Virus record (IMG/VR): IMGVR_UViG_3300009702_001278
Location: 1,779 to 65,778 of that record
Direction: 5' to 3' (one strand)
Length of the DNA: 64,000 nt
From: a virus
Lineage: Duplodnaviria > Caudoviricetes
This document shows, in pieces, positions 9,296 through 19,296 of this stretch (within the stretch, counting starts at the first letter, position 1; the number at the start of each line of letters is the position of its first letter). Under the pieces are notes generated by a model. That model had not been told where the DNA came from and ran no database searches. It saw nothing but the letters and a program-made list of their open reading frames with translations. The translations under genes were made by a program, and so were the position numbers.

Positions 9296-10167
9296 TTCCC
9301 TTTCAATTTCCGGCGCTGAGCTAACTCCGCTTCCGAGAAGCCCAAAATACCATCAGGTTTGTCTGTCATCGCTTTTTGGATTGCCTTCGAGTTACGAGAA
9401 ATCAGCCGCAAACCATTCGGCTCCAGACTGAAAGCAGCATCTGTATGCTTCATCGATCTATCATCTACAAAATGTCTCTCTATCCAAGTCGCTCCCAGCA
9501 CTTGGGCTGCAATATCAAGAGCAATTCCGTAACCATGATTCGAGAAGCCCACTGCTGATTGTTCAGGTATTATCTCTCGAACATGCGTGATTTCATTCAG
9601 GTATATCCTTTCAAATGGCGTAGGATATTCTGACGTACAATGATAGAAGACCAGTCGCTCTGGGTCAACCCCGCTATTCACTGCATAATCTATTATTTCT
9701 TGTCTCTCCTGCTTTGTTACCATGCCCAAGGAGATGTGAATCCCTCCCATATAATGATCAAAAAGATACTGGATCATGTCATTGTTTTGGTTAGAAGGGC
9801 TCCCAATTTTGATGAAGTCTGGATTCAGTGCGACCACTTCTTTCGTAGAAGTCATGTCCCATACTGATGTTGCATACCCAATCCGTAGATCATCTTCACA
9901 GAATCTCTTCAACTCGGCATGCTGCTCTATGGTTAGCTCCAGATTCTTCCTGTGCTCCAAGTAGGTATTTCCGTAGGCAAAGTCTTGGTTAGGATGCGGC
10001 TTATACCACATGTCCTTTGGTGTTGATTCTTCAGGATTGCGCTTCTGGAACTTAACGTAATCCGCATCACAAAATCTTGCTAATTTGCAAAGGTCTTTTG
10101 CCCGTTCCATTTTACCAATGTGAACGCATCCTACCTCAGCAACTATGTGGTATTTCTTGATCTCCAT
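9292..10167 (-). CDS. neuB: N-acetylneuraminate synthase family (NeuB/SpsE), no antifreeze-like domain
   Basis: IVAEVGCVH, VKFQKR, HCTSEYP, GFSNHG, WIERHF, TDAAFSLEP. Confidence 0.9.
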   Translation of the reverse strand: MEIKKYHIVAEVGCVHIGKMERAKDLCKLARFCDADYVKFQKRNPEESTPKDMWYKPHPNQDFAYGNTYLEHRKNLELTIEQHAELKRFCEDDLRIGYATSVWDMTSTKEVVALNPDFIKIGSPSNQNNDMIQYLFDHYMGGIHISLGMVTKQERQEIIDYAVNSGVDPERLVFYHCTSEYPTPFERIYLNEITHVREIIPEQSAVGFSNHGYGIALDIAAQVLGATWIERHFVDDRSMKHTDAAFSLEPNGLRLISRNSKAIQKAMTDKPDGILGFSEAELAQRRKLKGK

Positions 10168-10900
10168 TATCTACCTCATGAACTTGGATATCTATGTCCA
10201 GGTTTTCCACATCACCGCTGAAAACTTGATTAAAGATATCGAAATCGGTCGTGCTGTCGATTTGCATACCTTCTACCTCTGTAATTGGATAAATACACAC
10301 TCTTTGACCAATTCTACAACCTGTCTCCACGAGCATGCTTGCTTCACTGAGATAGATATTTCCATTATCAAAATATCGCACACCAGTGCGGCCTAACGAT
10401 TGTCTCATTGGGCGATTGTGTGGATCATAAGTAGATTGCCAGATGTAGTCGGAACTATCAACCATAGACTCATACCAAAGGAAGTCATACATCTTGGTGG
10501 TAGACAGAAGACTGTCGTAATAACCATTGAAATAGGTCTCAAGGGCATGACGTACTCTGCCCCTAGCTCTAATTGGGCTAGTTGGCTGGAGAGTAATAAC
10601 AGTGTCACATCCATCACCTCTGGATTGATAGGCTTCGATCAGACAGGATTCTGTGGAAGATAAATCCTGACTAATATCATTGGGGCGTTTATGTGCGATT
10701 GCACCCCATTCTTGAGCAATTCGCAAAATCAAATCATCGTCAGATGATACCAAAATATTGGACTCTGGTATTCCTGCGTCCAAAGCGTGAATAATAGAGT
10801 AGACAAACAGAGGCTTGTTGCCCACTAGTTGTAAGTTCTTCTTGAGTACGCCTTTAGACCCACCACGGGCGGGTATTACACACAGAACATTTTCAAACAT
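10136..10900 (-). CDS. neuA: acylneuraminate cytidylyltransferase (CMP-nonulosonic acid synthetase)
   Basis: IPARGGSKG..KKN, LQPTSPIR, NGNIY, QIDSTTDF. Confidence 0.9.
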   Translation of the reverse strand: MFENVLCVIPARGGSKGVLKKNLQLVGNKPLFVYSIIHALDAGIPESNILVSSDDDLILRIAQEWGAIAHKRPNDISQDLSSTESCLIEAYQSRGDGCDTVITLQPTSPIRARGRVRHALETYFNGYYDSLLSTTKMYDFLWYESMVDSSDYIWQSTYDPHNRPMRQSLGRTGVRYFDNGNIYLSEASMLVETGCRIGQRVCIYPITEVEGMQIDSTTDFDIFNQVFSGDVENLDIDIQVHEVDNGDQEIPHSC

Positions 10901-11621
10901 TTAGCACCTCCAACACTGTTGACAAGTTCATCTTAGGGAAAATATCCACTTTTGATATCTCTGATGCATTATACACCACACACTTCTTATTTATCTCTCT
11001 ACCTTGAGTTCTCCAATAATTGAGTATAGAATCAAGGTCGGAATCACCTGTTTGCTTGACGTGCTTGTATTTATCAGCTTTTCTGCCATCCAATCGTCTC
11101 GGCTTATTCTTCCAGTCTGGAAACTGCCAGAACCACCTGAAAGCTCTCACTCTAGCACAATCAAGTCCAAGAAGGACTATGGGCGAGCAGCCCATAATGT
11201 GAGCAATATGGATAGCTGACCCTGCTGAAGTACGGCATTGAACTATGCGGTTCTTCTTCCTTTCATGCTCATACTTGTCAGTGATGTTGTAACCTTCTCG
11301 ATGACGAAACAGAACCGCTCGATTACCAAACCAATCTGCTTTATCAGCTAGTTTGTCTTCGTACAAGAAAGGAATCGTTTTGTCCGACTTGCGTAAATCG
11401 TGAGCAAAGTACGACCAGACAGAAGCCTCCCAATCATCAGATATATAGTAGTCAGAGTCGGGCACTGCAACATACCCTGCGTTCACTGCGATAGTGACAT
11501 AATCTTTGAGTGGCTCAAGATCAAGGCCGTGGATTGATGGGCCTGAACCCACGATAAACGCAGGAGTACCGGCATGTTTGCCGTTAAATTCTTCTAAGTT
11601 CCTATAGGTCTTCGTAATCAT
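10893..11621 (-). CDS. DUF115/Maf-like putative nonulosonic-acid transferase
   Basis: GKHAG..AFIVGSGPS, AHIMGCSPIVLLGLD, VYNAS. Confidence 0.7.
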   Translation of the reverse strand: MITKTYRNLEEFNGKHAGTPAFIVGSGPSIHGLDLEPLKDYVTIAVNAGYVAVPDSDYYISDDWEASVWSYFAHDLRKSDKTIPFLYEDKLADKADWFGNRAVLFRHREGYNITDKYEHERKKNRIVQCRTSAGSAIHIAHIMGCSPIVLLGLDCARVRAFRWFWQFPDWKNKPRRLDGRKADKYKHVKQTGDSDLDSILNYWRTQGREINKKCVVYNASEISKVDIFPKMNLSTVLEVLNV

Positions 11622-11880
11622 CTAAGAATCCTTCATATTTACTAAATATACGAATCGTCCCATCGTCATTCACCATATCATACGGCACGGACATCAATGT
11701 ATCCCAACCGTCACGAATCTCATCAACCCTGTCAACGACAAAAGCTACCACAGGCAGCTTACGCAACTTATCAGGTATCATCTCAGCCGTATGAGTCTCA
11801 AGGCGCATTAACCCTTTAGACTGCATACGCACTGCGTCATCCAGCGTAACAAACCAACCAAAGGCATCTTCCATTTTCAT
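11602..11880 (-). CDS. hypothetical protein
   Basis: 92-aa ORF overlapping both neighbours. Confidence 0.55.
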   Translation of the reverse strand: MKMEDAFGWFVTLDDAVRMQSKGLMRLETHTAEMIPDKLRKLPVVAFVVDRVDEIRDGWDTLMSVPYDMVNDDGTIRIFSKYEGFLDDYEDL

Positions 11881-12617
11881 ATGATTTCTGACAGCTTCTT
11901 CTTTTCAAACACGTCAATAACAGAAAGATTGCTACAATTGTATATTCTTGAGCCGACCCGATCTCCAAGTTTTTTTAGCACCTCATACGATTGGATATTT
12001 TCTTCAAACTTGCGTATCTGGTGAGACTGCTCAGGGCGAAAATTCTGGCCCTTGACCTTGCGTTGGGGCCATTTATCTTGGGGCCAAAACTGCCAAAAGT
12101 GTGAATTACCATGTGCCATCCGGTGGTCTACCCCAAGCAAGTAAATTTCTGTACAGCCTGTTAGCAGGGCAAAGTCTATGCCAGTGGGTACTGAGCTAAC
12201 TGAGCATAAACCCTGACCATCATTAGGCAATGGTGAGATTGTAGGCTCCGGGCGAGGCTTGAAGAACCTGAAGTTATGCTTCATAATCTTATCAGCGTGT
12301 TCTTTCCAACTCGTTCGCACTATTTTAGTGCAATTTCCACGCAATACTTTCTGCCAGAAGTAATCCCATTGCAGACAAAGGGTATCATTAGAAATCCAAT
12401 AGCGATCCGTAGACTCTCCCTTACTCCAATCCATCAACAGTATTGACGAGTTAATAGTAATCACCACATCATGCTGTAGAGCAGAGGAAATATCTTGGAA
12501 AGCCAGTGAAGGACCGGCTCCTACTACAAAACACCTCCGACCAGCGTGAATATCTTTGAAGTCACTGAGATCAGTATAGGCTTTTACGTCTCGGCTGCGA
12601 ATGGCGTCACGTCGCAT
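11877..12617 (-). CDS. DUF115/Maf-like putative nonulosonic-acid transferase (paralog)
   Basis: DIHAGRRCFVVGAGPS, TGCTEIYLLGVDH, IYNCS. Confidence 0.7.
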   Translation of the reverse strand: MRRDAIRSRDVKAYTDLSDFKDIHAGRRCFVVGAGPSLAFQDISSALQHDVVITINSSILLMDWSKGESTDRYWISNDTLCLQWDYFWQKVLRGNCTKIVRTSWKEHADKIMKHNFRFFKPRPEPTISPLPNDGQGLCSVSSVPTGIDFALLTGCTEIYLLGVDHRMAHGNSHFWQFWPQDKWPQRKVKGQNFRPEQSHQIRKFEENIQSYEVLKKLGDRVGSRIYNCSNLSVIDVFEKKKLSEII

Positions 12618-12733
12618 CTTAGTATCTCTTTTAAGAAAGGACTCGGCTCGCAGATATCTATTCTGTTTCTTTTGGTCCCAAAATGATACTTGCGCCGAGT
12701 CATACAGTAGTTAATGGAGAGATAATCCTGTGC
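12584..12733 (-). pseudogene. orphan duplicate of the uvrD 3' end
   Basis: Translates AQDYLSINYCMTRRKYHFGTKRNRIDICEPSPFLKEIL, matching UvrD AKSVLTISYCLNRRKYSFGEKRNRTMVCEPSIFIKEIL. Confidence 0.8.
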
Positions 12734-14028
12734 TACAGTCTACAACCTGACTTACGGCACTGCTTGCACCACTTCCCAGATTTTACATTAGTAGGACTAG
12801 ACTTCCACTGATGTCCTTTGCTGCATTGCCACACAAGAGGAGTGTGAGCATTAACATATATTTTTGACAAACATGCTCCTTCTCGTTTTTTGGCCAAAGA
12901 TTGCATATCATCAATTGTGGGTTTAACCTGTTGGGTGCATTGCGGACACCAAGTACCTCTTTTTACATGAGCAGGAGTGGCCTCCCATTCATGCCCCTTT
13001 GAACACTCCCATCGCAACTTCGAACTATTATTAATATAACTTGTTGATACGCATTTCCCACCTCTGTTTTGAGCTATTAAATCCATCTCCTTGATAGACA
13101 ATTTATGTGTACCTGAGCATATAGGGCACCAAGACATCCTCGTCACAATATTATCAAACGTAGCATCCCAAGTATGCCCCTTGTTACACTTCCATTTTAA
13201 TTTTGTACGATTGTTCTTATAATCTAATGACAAACACTCTCCGTTGCGAGAAGATGCCACTTTTTGTGCATCAATAATCGTTTTAGGTAAATTATTTGCA
13301 CACACAGGACACCAAGACCCGTGTTTGATGGATATAGGGGCAGCAGACCACTGATGTTTTTTTGAGCATTCCCAAGTTAGAGGTGTTTTAGTACCCATGT
13401 ATTTGTCAGTAATCAAAGTGCCTCCTTGCCTCATAGCTAAATCTCGTAGTTTTTTTAACTGTGATAAATTATTATAAAAAACACACCAATCAACAACAGG
13501 TTTTTTAGAGAAGTATTTACCGATATAGGTCACTAAGTCATCATCGCTGTTTGTTATATAATATGGAATTTCTATTAAACGAATACCTTTTTTTAAGCAT
13601 TTTATCCTAACAGTTTCATCTCGCTTAATCTGCTTATTAAATTCGTAATCTGTTTTGTGAAAATGCTTTATATGAGTATAATGTTGTCTACCGTGATACT
13701 CAAATGCTATTTTCAACTCCTCACAATATCCATCTATCTCATATCCACTAATAGCACTTCTGCTTTTCGGAAAAGGTTTCTTGAATACAGACTGCAACAC
13801 ATATCGACACTTCTCTTCATTAAAATACCACGTACAACTAGGACACCAAGTACCTGCATTAACATTATGAAAATTTGCTCGCCAAATATGACCATCTGCA
13901 CACTTCCAAGTAAGTTTGTGCTCCCAAGAATAAACAGCAGATAAACATTGTCCTCCGTGGTTTTCAGCTAAATTATGAGCATCCTGTATTGAGTATTTCA
14001 CTTTTCTGGACATCTGGCATCTCCTCAA
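12733..14028 (-). CDS. free-standing endonuclease with zinc-ribbon repeats and PD-(D/E)XK domain
   Basis: Five W.C..(G/K)H.W...G.WCP.C-like repeats; EIDGYCEELKIAFEYHGRQHY; AT-rich compared with flanks. Confidence 0.8.
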   Translation of the reverse strand: MRRCQMSRKVKYSIQDAHNLAENHGGQCLSAVYSWEHKLTWKCADGHIWRANFHNVNAGTWCPSCTWYFNEEKCRYVLQSVFKKPFPKSRSAISGYEIDGYCEELKIAFEYHGRQHYTHIKHFHKTDYEFNKQIKRDETVRIKCLKKGIRLIEIPYYITNSDDDLVTYIGKYFSKKPVVDWCVFYNNLSQLKKLRDLAMRQGGTLITDKYMGTKTPLTWECSKKHQWSAAPISIKHGSWCPVCANNLPKTIIDAQKVASSRNGECLSLDYKNNRTKLKWKCNKGHTWDATFDNIVTRMSWCPICSGTHKLSIKEMDLIAQNRGGKCVSTSYINNSSKLRWECSKGHEWEATPAHVKRGTWCPQCTQQVKPTIDDMQSLAKKREGACLSKIYVNAHTPLVWQCSKGHQWKSSPTNVKSGKWCKQCRKSGCRL

Positions 14029-15937
14029 GTATTTCTTTTATAAATATACTTGGTTCACATACCATAGTCCTGTTTCTTTTTTCACCAAAACTATATTTTC
14101 TACGATTTAGACAGTAGGATATCGTCAACACTGATTTGGCCCGAGTCATCGCTACATACATCAAACGTCTTTCTTCTTTCTCACCTCGTTCGGCTAATGC
14201 CATTTGGTGAGGAATAATCTCTTTCTCAACACCCACGATAAATACTACTGGGAACTGGAGACCTTTAGCTGAATGCATTGTTAGCAGGGTGACTGCATCG
14301 TCATCCTCTGAATCAGCCAGATCAGAAGTAAGAATTTGCACGGTATGCAAGAAATCTCTGATTGTGGCAGTAGGCTTTTTTTCCTCGTAGTCTGCCACGC
14401 TTGCCAGGAACTCATCCAGATTGTCAATACGTTTGGATGTCTTATACTCTTTGGCGTCTTCGTTCTCTACATACTCGTAGTACCCCGAATTTTTCAGGAG
14501 ATTAGAGACCACGGAAGATAATCCCTCGTGAGAGGCTTGGGCATGCTGTGCTTTCTGGATGACTCCAACAAACTCATTCAGATTCTCTCGCATCTTAGAT
14601 GTCAACTTGACATCAGGACTCTGGCAGGCTTCGAGTATGGAGATATTATTATCCTGACAATACCTCTCTATCCGCCCAATAGCTGTGCTGCCTAGGCTTC
14701 GTCTGGGACTGCTGATGGCTCTAGCAAACTGGATCGAGTCACTGGGGTTTGCCACAAACGACAAATACGCTAAAGCGTCCTTAATTTCTCTGCGATCAAA
14801 GAACGAAAACCCTCCAACAATCTTATAAGGGATGTCGTATTTACGCAGTGCGATTTCAGGCTGCTTGCTCAGAGCATTAGTCCTGTAAAGGACAGCAAAA
14901 TCATTCAATGAATAGCCGTTCTTCGCTTTCATGCCTTGTATGGCAGCAGCTATATAGTTGGCCTCCGATTCAACATCAAAATGTCTCTTGAATGAAACTG
15001 GTTGACCGTCTCCCCGCTCAGATACCAGATGTACATCTCTGGCATTGTCGTTATGCCGTATGAGATTTTGAGCAGATTGTAAGATATGTGATGTTGATCG
15101 GTAATTACGTGGCAACACGATCTCTGATACTTTATCAAAGTCGTGGCTTACTCGCTGAATGTTTTCTGGCTTAGCTCCACGCCAAGAGAAGATTGACTGA
15201 TTGAAGTCGCCTACCACAAACAGGTTGCCATCACGTTTCTTCTCGGGGTCAACGATGGAATGCACAAGCTCATACTGTATGGTATTGGTATCCTGCATCT
15301 CATCCACAAGAACGAACTGGAATTTGTTATTGAGTATTCGGGTGGCTTTGGGGTGCCTCTTAAAGAGCAGCCATGTTTTATAGAGAATACCAGTGAAATC
15401 AACTGCATTCCATTTGTCTAGCAATTCAAGGTATTCCTTAATGACGGCGGGGCCTGGATGAGCCAACTCTTGTATGTGGGTATCAAAGTCGGCTATATCT
15501 TCTCGAAAGTCATTCGCAACCTTGCAATAGTGGTTGATCGTTTTCTTGCGATAAGTAGGCTCGTACCCATGCATACGAACTACTTTGTCCATCAATTCCT
15601 TCTGGTCTTTCTCGGTATAGATGGAGAAGTTTGATTCTATCCCTACACGAGACCCGTATTTGCGTAGTATAGCAATGCAAAGAGCGTGGAACGTACTGAC
15701 CCATACCTTCTCTGCCACTTGCCCTGCCTGCTCCGCAATTCTTTCTCTCATTTCGTTTGCGGCTTTGTTTGTAAAGGTTAAGCAGAGGATATTGGATGGA
15801 TCAACGTCCTTCTTTTGGACTAAATCCATCACTCTTGCGGTTAGCGTGGAAGTCTTTCCTGAGCCGGGGACCGCTGTCACAACGCAAACCCCCTTAAAGT
15901 GGTCTACGGCTTGCTTCTGCTCTGCATTAAAATTCAT
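13973..15937 (-). CDS. uvrD: UvrD/PcrA-like SF1 helicase
   Basis: AVPGSGKT, TFTNKAA, VDEMQDTN, VGDFNQSIFSWRGA, NYRST, TMHSAKGL, EERRLMYVAMTRA. Confidence 0.93.
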   Translation of the reverse strand: MNFNAEQKQAVDHFKGVCVVTAVPGSGKTSTLTARVMDLVQKKDVDPSNILCLTFTNKAANEMRERIAEQAGQVAEKVWVSTFHALCIAILRKYGSRVGIESNFSIYTEKDQKELMDKVVRMHGYEPTYRKKTINHYCKVANDFREDIADFDTHIQELAHPGPAVIKEYLELLDKWNAVDFTGILYKTWLLFKRHPKATRILNNKFQFVLVDEMQDTNTIQYELVHSIVDPEKKRDGNLFVVGDFNQSIFSWRGAKPENIQRVSHDFDKVSEIVLPRNYRSTSHILQSAQNLIRHNDNARDVHLVSERGDGQPVSFKRHFDVESEANYIAAAIQGMKAKNGYSLNDFAVLYRTNALSKQPEIALRKYDIPYKIVGGFSFFDRREIKDALAYLSFVANPSDSIQFARAISSPRRSLGSTAIGRIERYCQDNNISILEACQSPDVKLTSKMRENLNEFVGVIQKAQHAQASHEGLSSVVSNLLKNSGYYEYVENEDAKEYKTSKRIDNLDEFLASVADYEEKKPTATIRDFLHTVQILTSDLADSEDDDAVTLLTMHSAKGLQFPVVFIVGVEKEIIPHQMALAERGEKEERRLMYVAMTRAKSVLTISYCLNRRKYSFGEKRNRTMVCEPSIFIKEILEEMPDVQKSEILNTGCS

Positions 15938-16113
15938 GCGTATGTCACCGTCAAGGTATCGTCAGGAATACACAATTGTTCTAATAATTGTTGTTTCATC
16001 TGCTCTAGAAAATCTTTTATTGGATTATGTAACGGAGTGCAACTGTAGAAGAAATCTGCCCACTGTTGCTCCTCAAGTCGTTGCTCCTCAAGTCTTAAAA
16101 CATCAATTATCAC
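15934..16113 (-). CDS. small hypothetical protein (59 aa)
   Basis: Hand translation, GTG start; overlaps both neighbours by 4 nt; contains a 15-bp in-frame tandem duplication (RLEEQ twice). Confidence 0.5.
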   Translation of the reverse strand: MIIDVLRLEEQRLEEQQWADFFYSCTPLHNPIKDFLEQMKQQLLEQLCIPDDTLTVTYA

Positions 16114-16409
16114 GACATCCCCTTTTCTATCTCTTTGATCTTATGCTTGATAGCTCGTGGTGACCAGCCTTGTTGTACATACTTGAACTGAAAATGTACT
16201 CTACCAGTTTCATCCACCAACTGAACTATTGGAATATCTATAATGCGCCATTTGTCAAGGTCTTCTTTATTGCCTTCAGCAACATCATAGGTTATATATG
16301 GAAACTTCAGTTTATTCAACCGAGTTAGATAAGCAGCACACCTTGGACAATTCTTTGATTTAATTACACGAGCCTTCAGCATATTATATTCCCAACTTTC
16401 CACGAACAA
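16110..16409 (-). CDS. glutaredoxin/thioredoxin-like protein
   Basis: CPRC motif and cis-Pro-like DIPIV. Confidence 0.6.
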   Translation of the reverse strand: MFVESWEYNMLKARVIKSKNCPRCAAYLTRLNKLKFPYITYDVAEGNKEDLDKWRIIDIPIVQLVDETGRVHFQFKYVQQGWSPRAIKHKIKEIEKGMS

Positions 16410-16836
16410 TAGTTTCTTCCTTTAGCAACTCAGCACCATCGAGCTTGCCATCAGCAGCCATCCGGCCGAGTTTTCTCTGCACTTGACCCCACTCATCTTT
16501 AAGCCCTTCAGAAACTTTCGTAAGCTCATCACCTATCTGCTTACTAAACAGGGCAGCATACCTAAGTTGATCTTCCCCACTCATTTGTTCCCTCTTTGGA
16601 TCATCATCTATGCCAAACTTGAAAGGGGCTTCACGTTTTGACAAGCAATGGGCAAAATAATGCATGTTTTTGTCTCCCAAATCAGATAAACCAAAGGCTT
16701 GTGAAATATCATCTTTGGAGAAGACGATTAGCTTTTTCTCAGAATTATGTATCAGTGCTCCATTGATGACGAGCATTCCGTTATCTTGATCGTACTTTGC
16801 ATCTAAAATGCGTACATGATAGTATGTCATTCCCAT
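16384..16836 (-). CDS. hypothetical protein
   Basis: 150-aa ORF in operon. Confidence 0.6.
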   Translation of the reverse strand: MGMTYYHVRILDAKYDQDNGMLVINGALIHNSEKKLIVFSKDDISQAFGLSDLGDKNMHYFAHCLSKREAPFKFGIDDDPKREQMSGEDQLRYAALFSKQIGDELTKVSEGLKDEWGQVQRKLGRMAADGKLDGAELLKEETIVRGKLGI

Positions 16837-16841
16837 TCCCG

Positions 16842-18647
16842 TTAAAGTTTAGCCTCCAACATACCAGAAAGCACTTCTGCAAATGATTCAATGTCTTCTC
16901 GGCTAGGCTGTGTTAATTTCACTTCCGTCAGCTTATTCAAAGCAGCGGGCTCTAACAACTCTAGCACCAGATGGTCGTGAAAAGTACGATACGATCCGCC
17001 AGGCACATCATGTAATGCTATGCAATCTGGGGAGACTCCGACCGTTTCCTCACATTTGCGAGTATGTTCAAACCATTTATCTTCGTCAGCATCCGAAATA
17101 GGCTGCGAAGCAGTAACCTTATTGCATTGCGCTCGTACTGGGAAATCCTCTCCCTCGCGATCTTTCAATGCCTTGATACGCTTATCCCAACTATCCTGCG
17201 GGATAACCCCATACATCCTACATGAGAACGGTCGGTCATCATAGACGTGACATCTGCCTTCCCAAAAGATGCAACCCTTCTCAGGGCTGGTGTCAAGGTA
17301 GTTGATGATTGCCCTAACCAGCATATCACGCTTGGCAGGCTTCTTCCAGGTCTTTTGAATCGTATCCAAAACCTTCAGAAACTCTACATAGTACATGCTG
17401 GGGTTGATTGTGCGACAATTATGGACTTCTACAGCATGAGTAACAAAGGATTCTTCTCCCAATATCTCTATGTCATAAACATACCCATCAAATGGTTCTA
17501 TGGTTAATGATTTAACACTCAGCAAATGACCATGCTTATGAGGCACGCATTTTGTGTGCTGGGAACAAGTTTTATATACGGAATATGCCTTTTTTCTGCT
17601 TGGTCTATCATGGCCAGAAACAGAATATGTCTCTCCAGACAACCAATACAACATCAACAACTGTTCTGACCAATATCGTGATGTTGTTGTACTTGACCTT
17701 CTGTTATTGCGAGATATATCTTGAACTCCATCCCCAGCATAATATCCGTTAATTAAAGACTTTCGCAGAGTGGCGTTATATACAAAAGCACTGAAGATAT
17801 TCTCATTCACATGTTTATTTTCGCACCCCCGTCCGAAAAGGGATTCAAACAGTCTGCTTAAAACCACAGAACACATCCGAACAGTTATCGCATTTCCATG
17901 ATCTGTTTTCTGATTTACGTTCAGACCTAGCTTATGAGCAAACTTCTTGATTTTATCAACTAAATGGGTTTCTTTGGCATGTAGGTGAAAATTCACTACT
18001 CCATACTGACACGAACCTTCGGCTATAAAAAGCCCAAAAATAAACGCATCACTTGGTTTTATGTCAAAACGATTAGGGATTGGTTTGCCGTTCTTATGCT
18101 TAGATGTAAAGCAAAATCCATTTTCCTCATGCAGCCCATGTACAAAAGATGATACATAAAAGTGACTAGGACTTTGAGTTAATTTAGGGGATTTCGGAAG
18201 AATGACATAGTGACCAAATTTATTAGATTTCTTGGGAACTAAAGAACTTGATTCAACGAAATCTGGGGATGAAAGTTCTTGTCGGTCCCATCTGGTTATA
18301 GATGAGGCATACACTCTATGATCGGGAGTTAATCTAATATCTCGCCCATGAGATAACTTTAACAGCAGAATCTCTTGTGCCTCTTTTTTGCCTACTCGCT
18401 TAATTTGCCTTAATCCTGATTTTGTAAAGACTGAATCACCCACAACCAGATCGGAAATTGGAATTGGTCCTCGCACAGTATACACTAATGTATCTGGAGC
18501 AAGACAGCACCAGATGGCATCTTCACCATAGTGCTCTTCACACTGTTCGCAACCTGTAGTTGTGGGCATACGGTCATACAAAACCTTCAATGATATCAAA
18601 GGTCTACGTATGTTTGATTCCGATGTATCTACACCAAAGGGATTCAT
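16842..18647 (-). CDS. YkgJ-like cysteine-cluster protein containing an intein
   Basis: Exteins give CEQC...WC|CR and CIFWEGRCHVYDDRPFSCRMYG. Confidence 0.8.
   Translation of the reverse strand: MNPFGVDTSESNIRRPLISLKVLYDRMPTTTGCEQCEEHYGEDAIWCCLAPDTLVYTVRGPIPISDLVVGDSVFTKSGLRQIKRVGKKEAQEILLLKLSHGRDIRLTPDHRVYASSITRWDRQELSSPDFVESSSLVPKKSNKFGHYVILPKSPKLTQSPSHFYVSSFVHGLHEENGFCFTSKHKNGKPIPNRFDIKPSDAFIFGLFIAEGSCQYGVVNFHLHAKETHLVDKIKKFAHKLGLNVNQKTDHGNAITVRMCSVVLSRLFESLFGRGCENKHVNENIFSAFVYNATLRKSLINGYYAGDGVQDISRNNRRSSTTTSRYWSEQLLMLYWLSGETYSVSGHDRPSRKKAYSVYKTCSQHTKCVPHKHGHLLSVKSLTIEPFDGYVYDIEILGEESFVTHAVEVHNCRTINPSMYYVEFLKVLDTIQKTWKKPAKRDMLVRAIINYLDTSPEKGCIFWEGRCHVYDDRPFSCRMYGVIPQDSWDKRIKALKDREGEDFPVRAQCNKVTASQPISDADEDKWFEHTRKCEETVGVSPDCIALHDVPGGSYRTFHDHLVLELLEPAALNKLTEVKLTQPSREDIESFAEVLSGMLEAKL
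17418..18506 (-). mobile_element. intein with LAGLIDADG domain (363 aa)
   Basis: Starts CLAPDTLV, block B LTPDHRV, GLFIAEG/GYYAGDG, ends VYDIEI...VEVHN followed by Cys. Confidence 0.9.
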
Positions 18648-19279
18648 ACGTCTAGATCATCCAATTCATCTAGGTCTTGCTCCACTGGCTTCGCGGGATA
18701 AGTCTTAGCTGTGGGCAAAGATTTGTCCGGCGTCTTCACCGTCGAAATTTTGGATAGTTTTGGAGCATCAGAGTCAAAAGTGATACTGATACTCTCAGCA
18801 CCTTCCACTTTCTTAACTCCAGGTACATCTTCAGATTCTACCCAATCTTCGATCATCTTCTTGGCAGCACGAGCGTCAACGCTCTGCTTCACTTTGACGA
18901 TCTTGTTAAAATCGTCCTTGTGCTCGTCCTTGACATGCTTCAGGAACTTTGACTCATCTTCAATCTTCCAACTGTCCTTGCCTTTCCGTTTGACCACTTT
19001 GGCAATAGCCGGGTATTGGAGGCTTTTCTCATTCGGCGTCAGGGTGAACATCGTGTTTTGGATCAAGCGGCGGAATTGATTAATCTTTGACTCAAGAGCC
19101 TTGATCCTCATGTCTGCCGTTTCGACCCGGTATTTCTTCAACCCTTTCGCATGCTCAAGCTTGGAATTTAATTCCTGCAATTGTATCAAGACTTCTTCAA
19201 TCTCAAACTCAGATGACAGTACTAGATCAGCAGTGATAGGCGTTCCGCCCGTGATTGCATCAAATGCAGATATACTCAT
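18644..19279 (-). CDS. Gam/Gp157-like coiled-coil phage protein
   Basis: Coiled coil followed by KIVKVKQSVD...VPGVKKVE. Confidence 0.55.
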   Translation of the reverse strand: MSISAFDAITGGTPITADLVLSSEFEIEEVLIQLQELNSKLEHAKGLKKYRVETADMRIKALESKINQFRRLIQNTMFTLTPNEKSLQYPAIAKVVKRKGKDSWKIEDESKFLKHVKDEHKDDFNKIVKVKQSVDARAAKKMIEDWVESEDVPGVKKVEGAESISITFDSDAPKLSKISTVKTPDKSLPTAKTYPAKPVEQDLDELDDLDV

Positions 19280-19296
19280 TTCACATTCCTCTCAGA

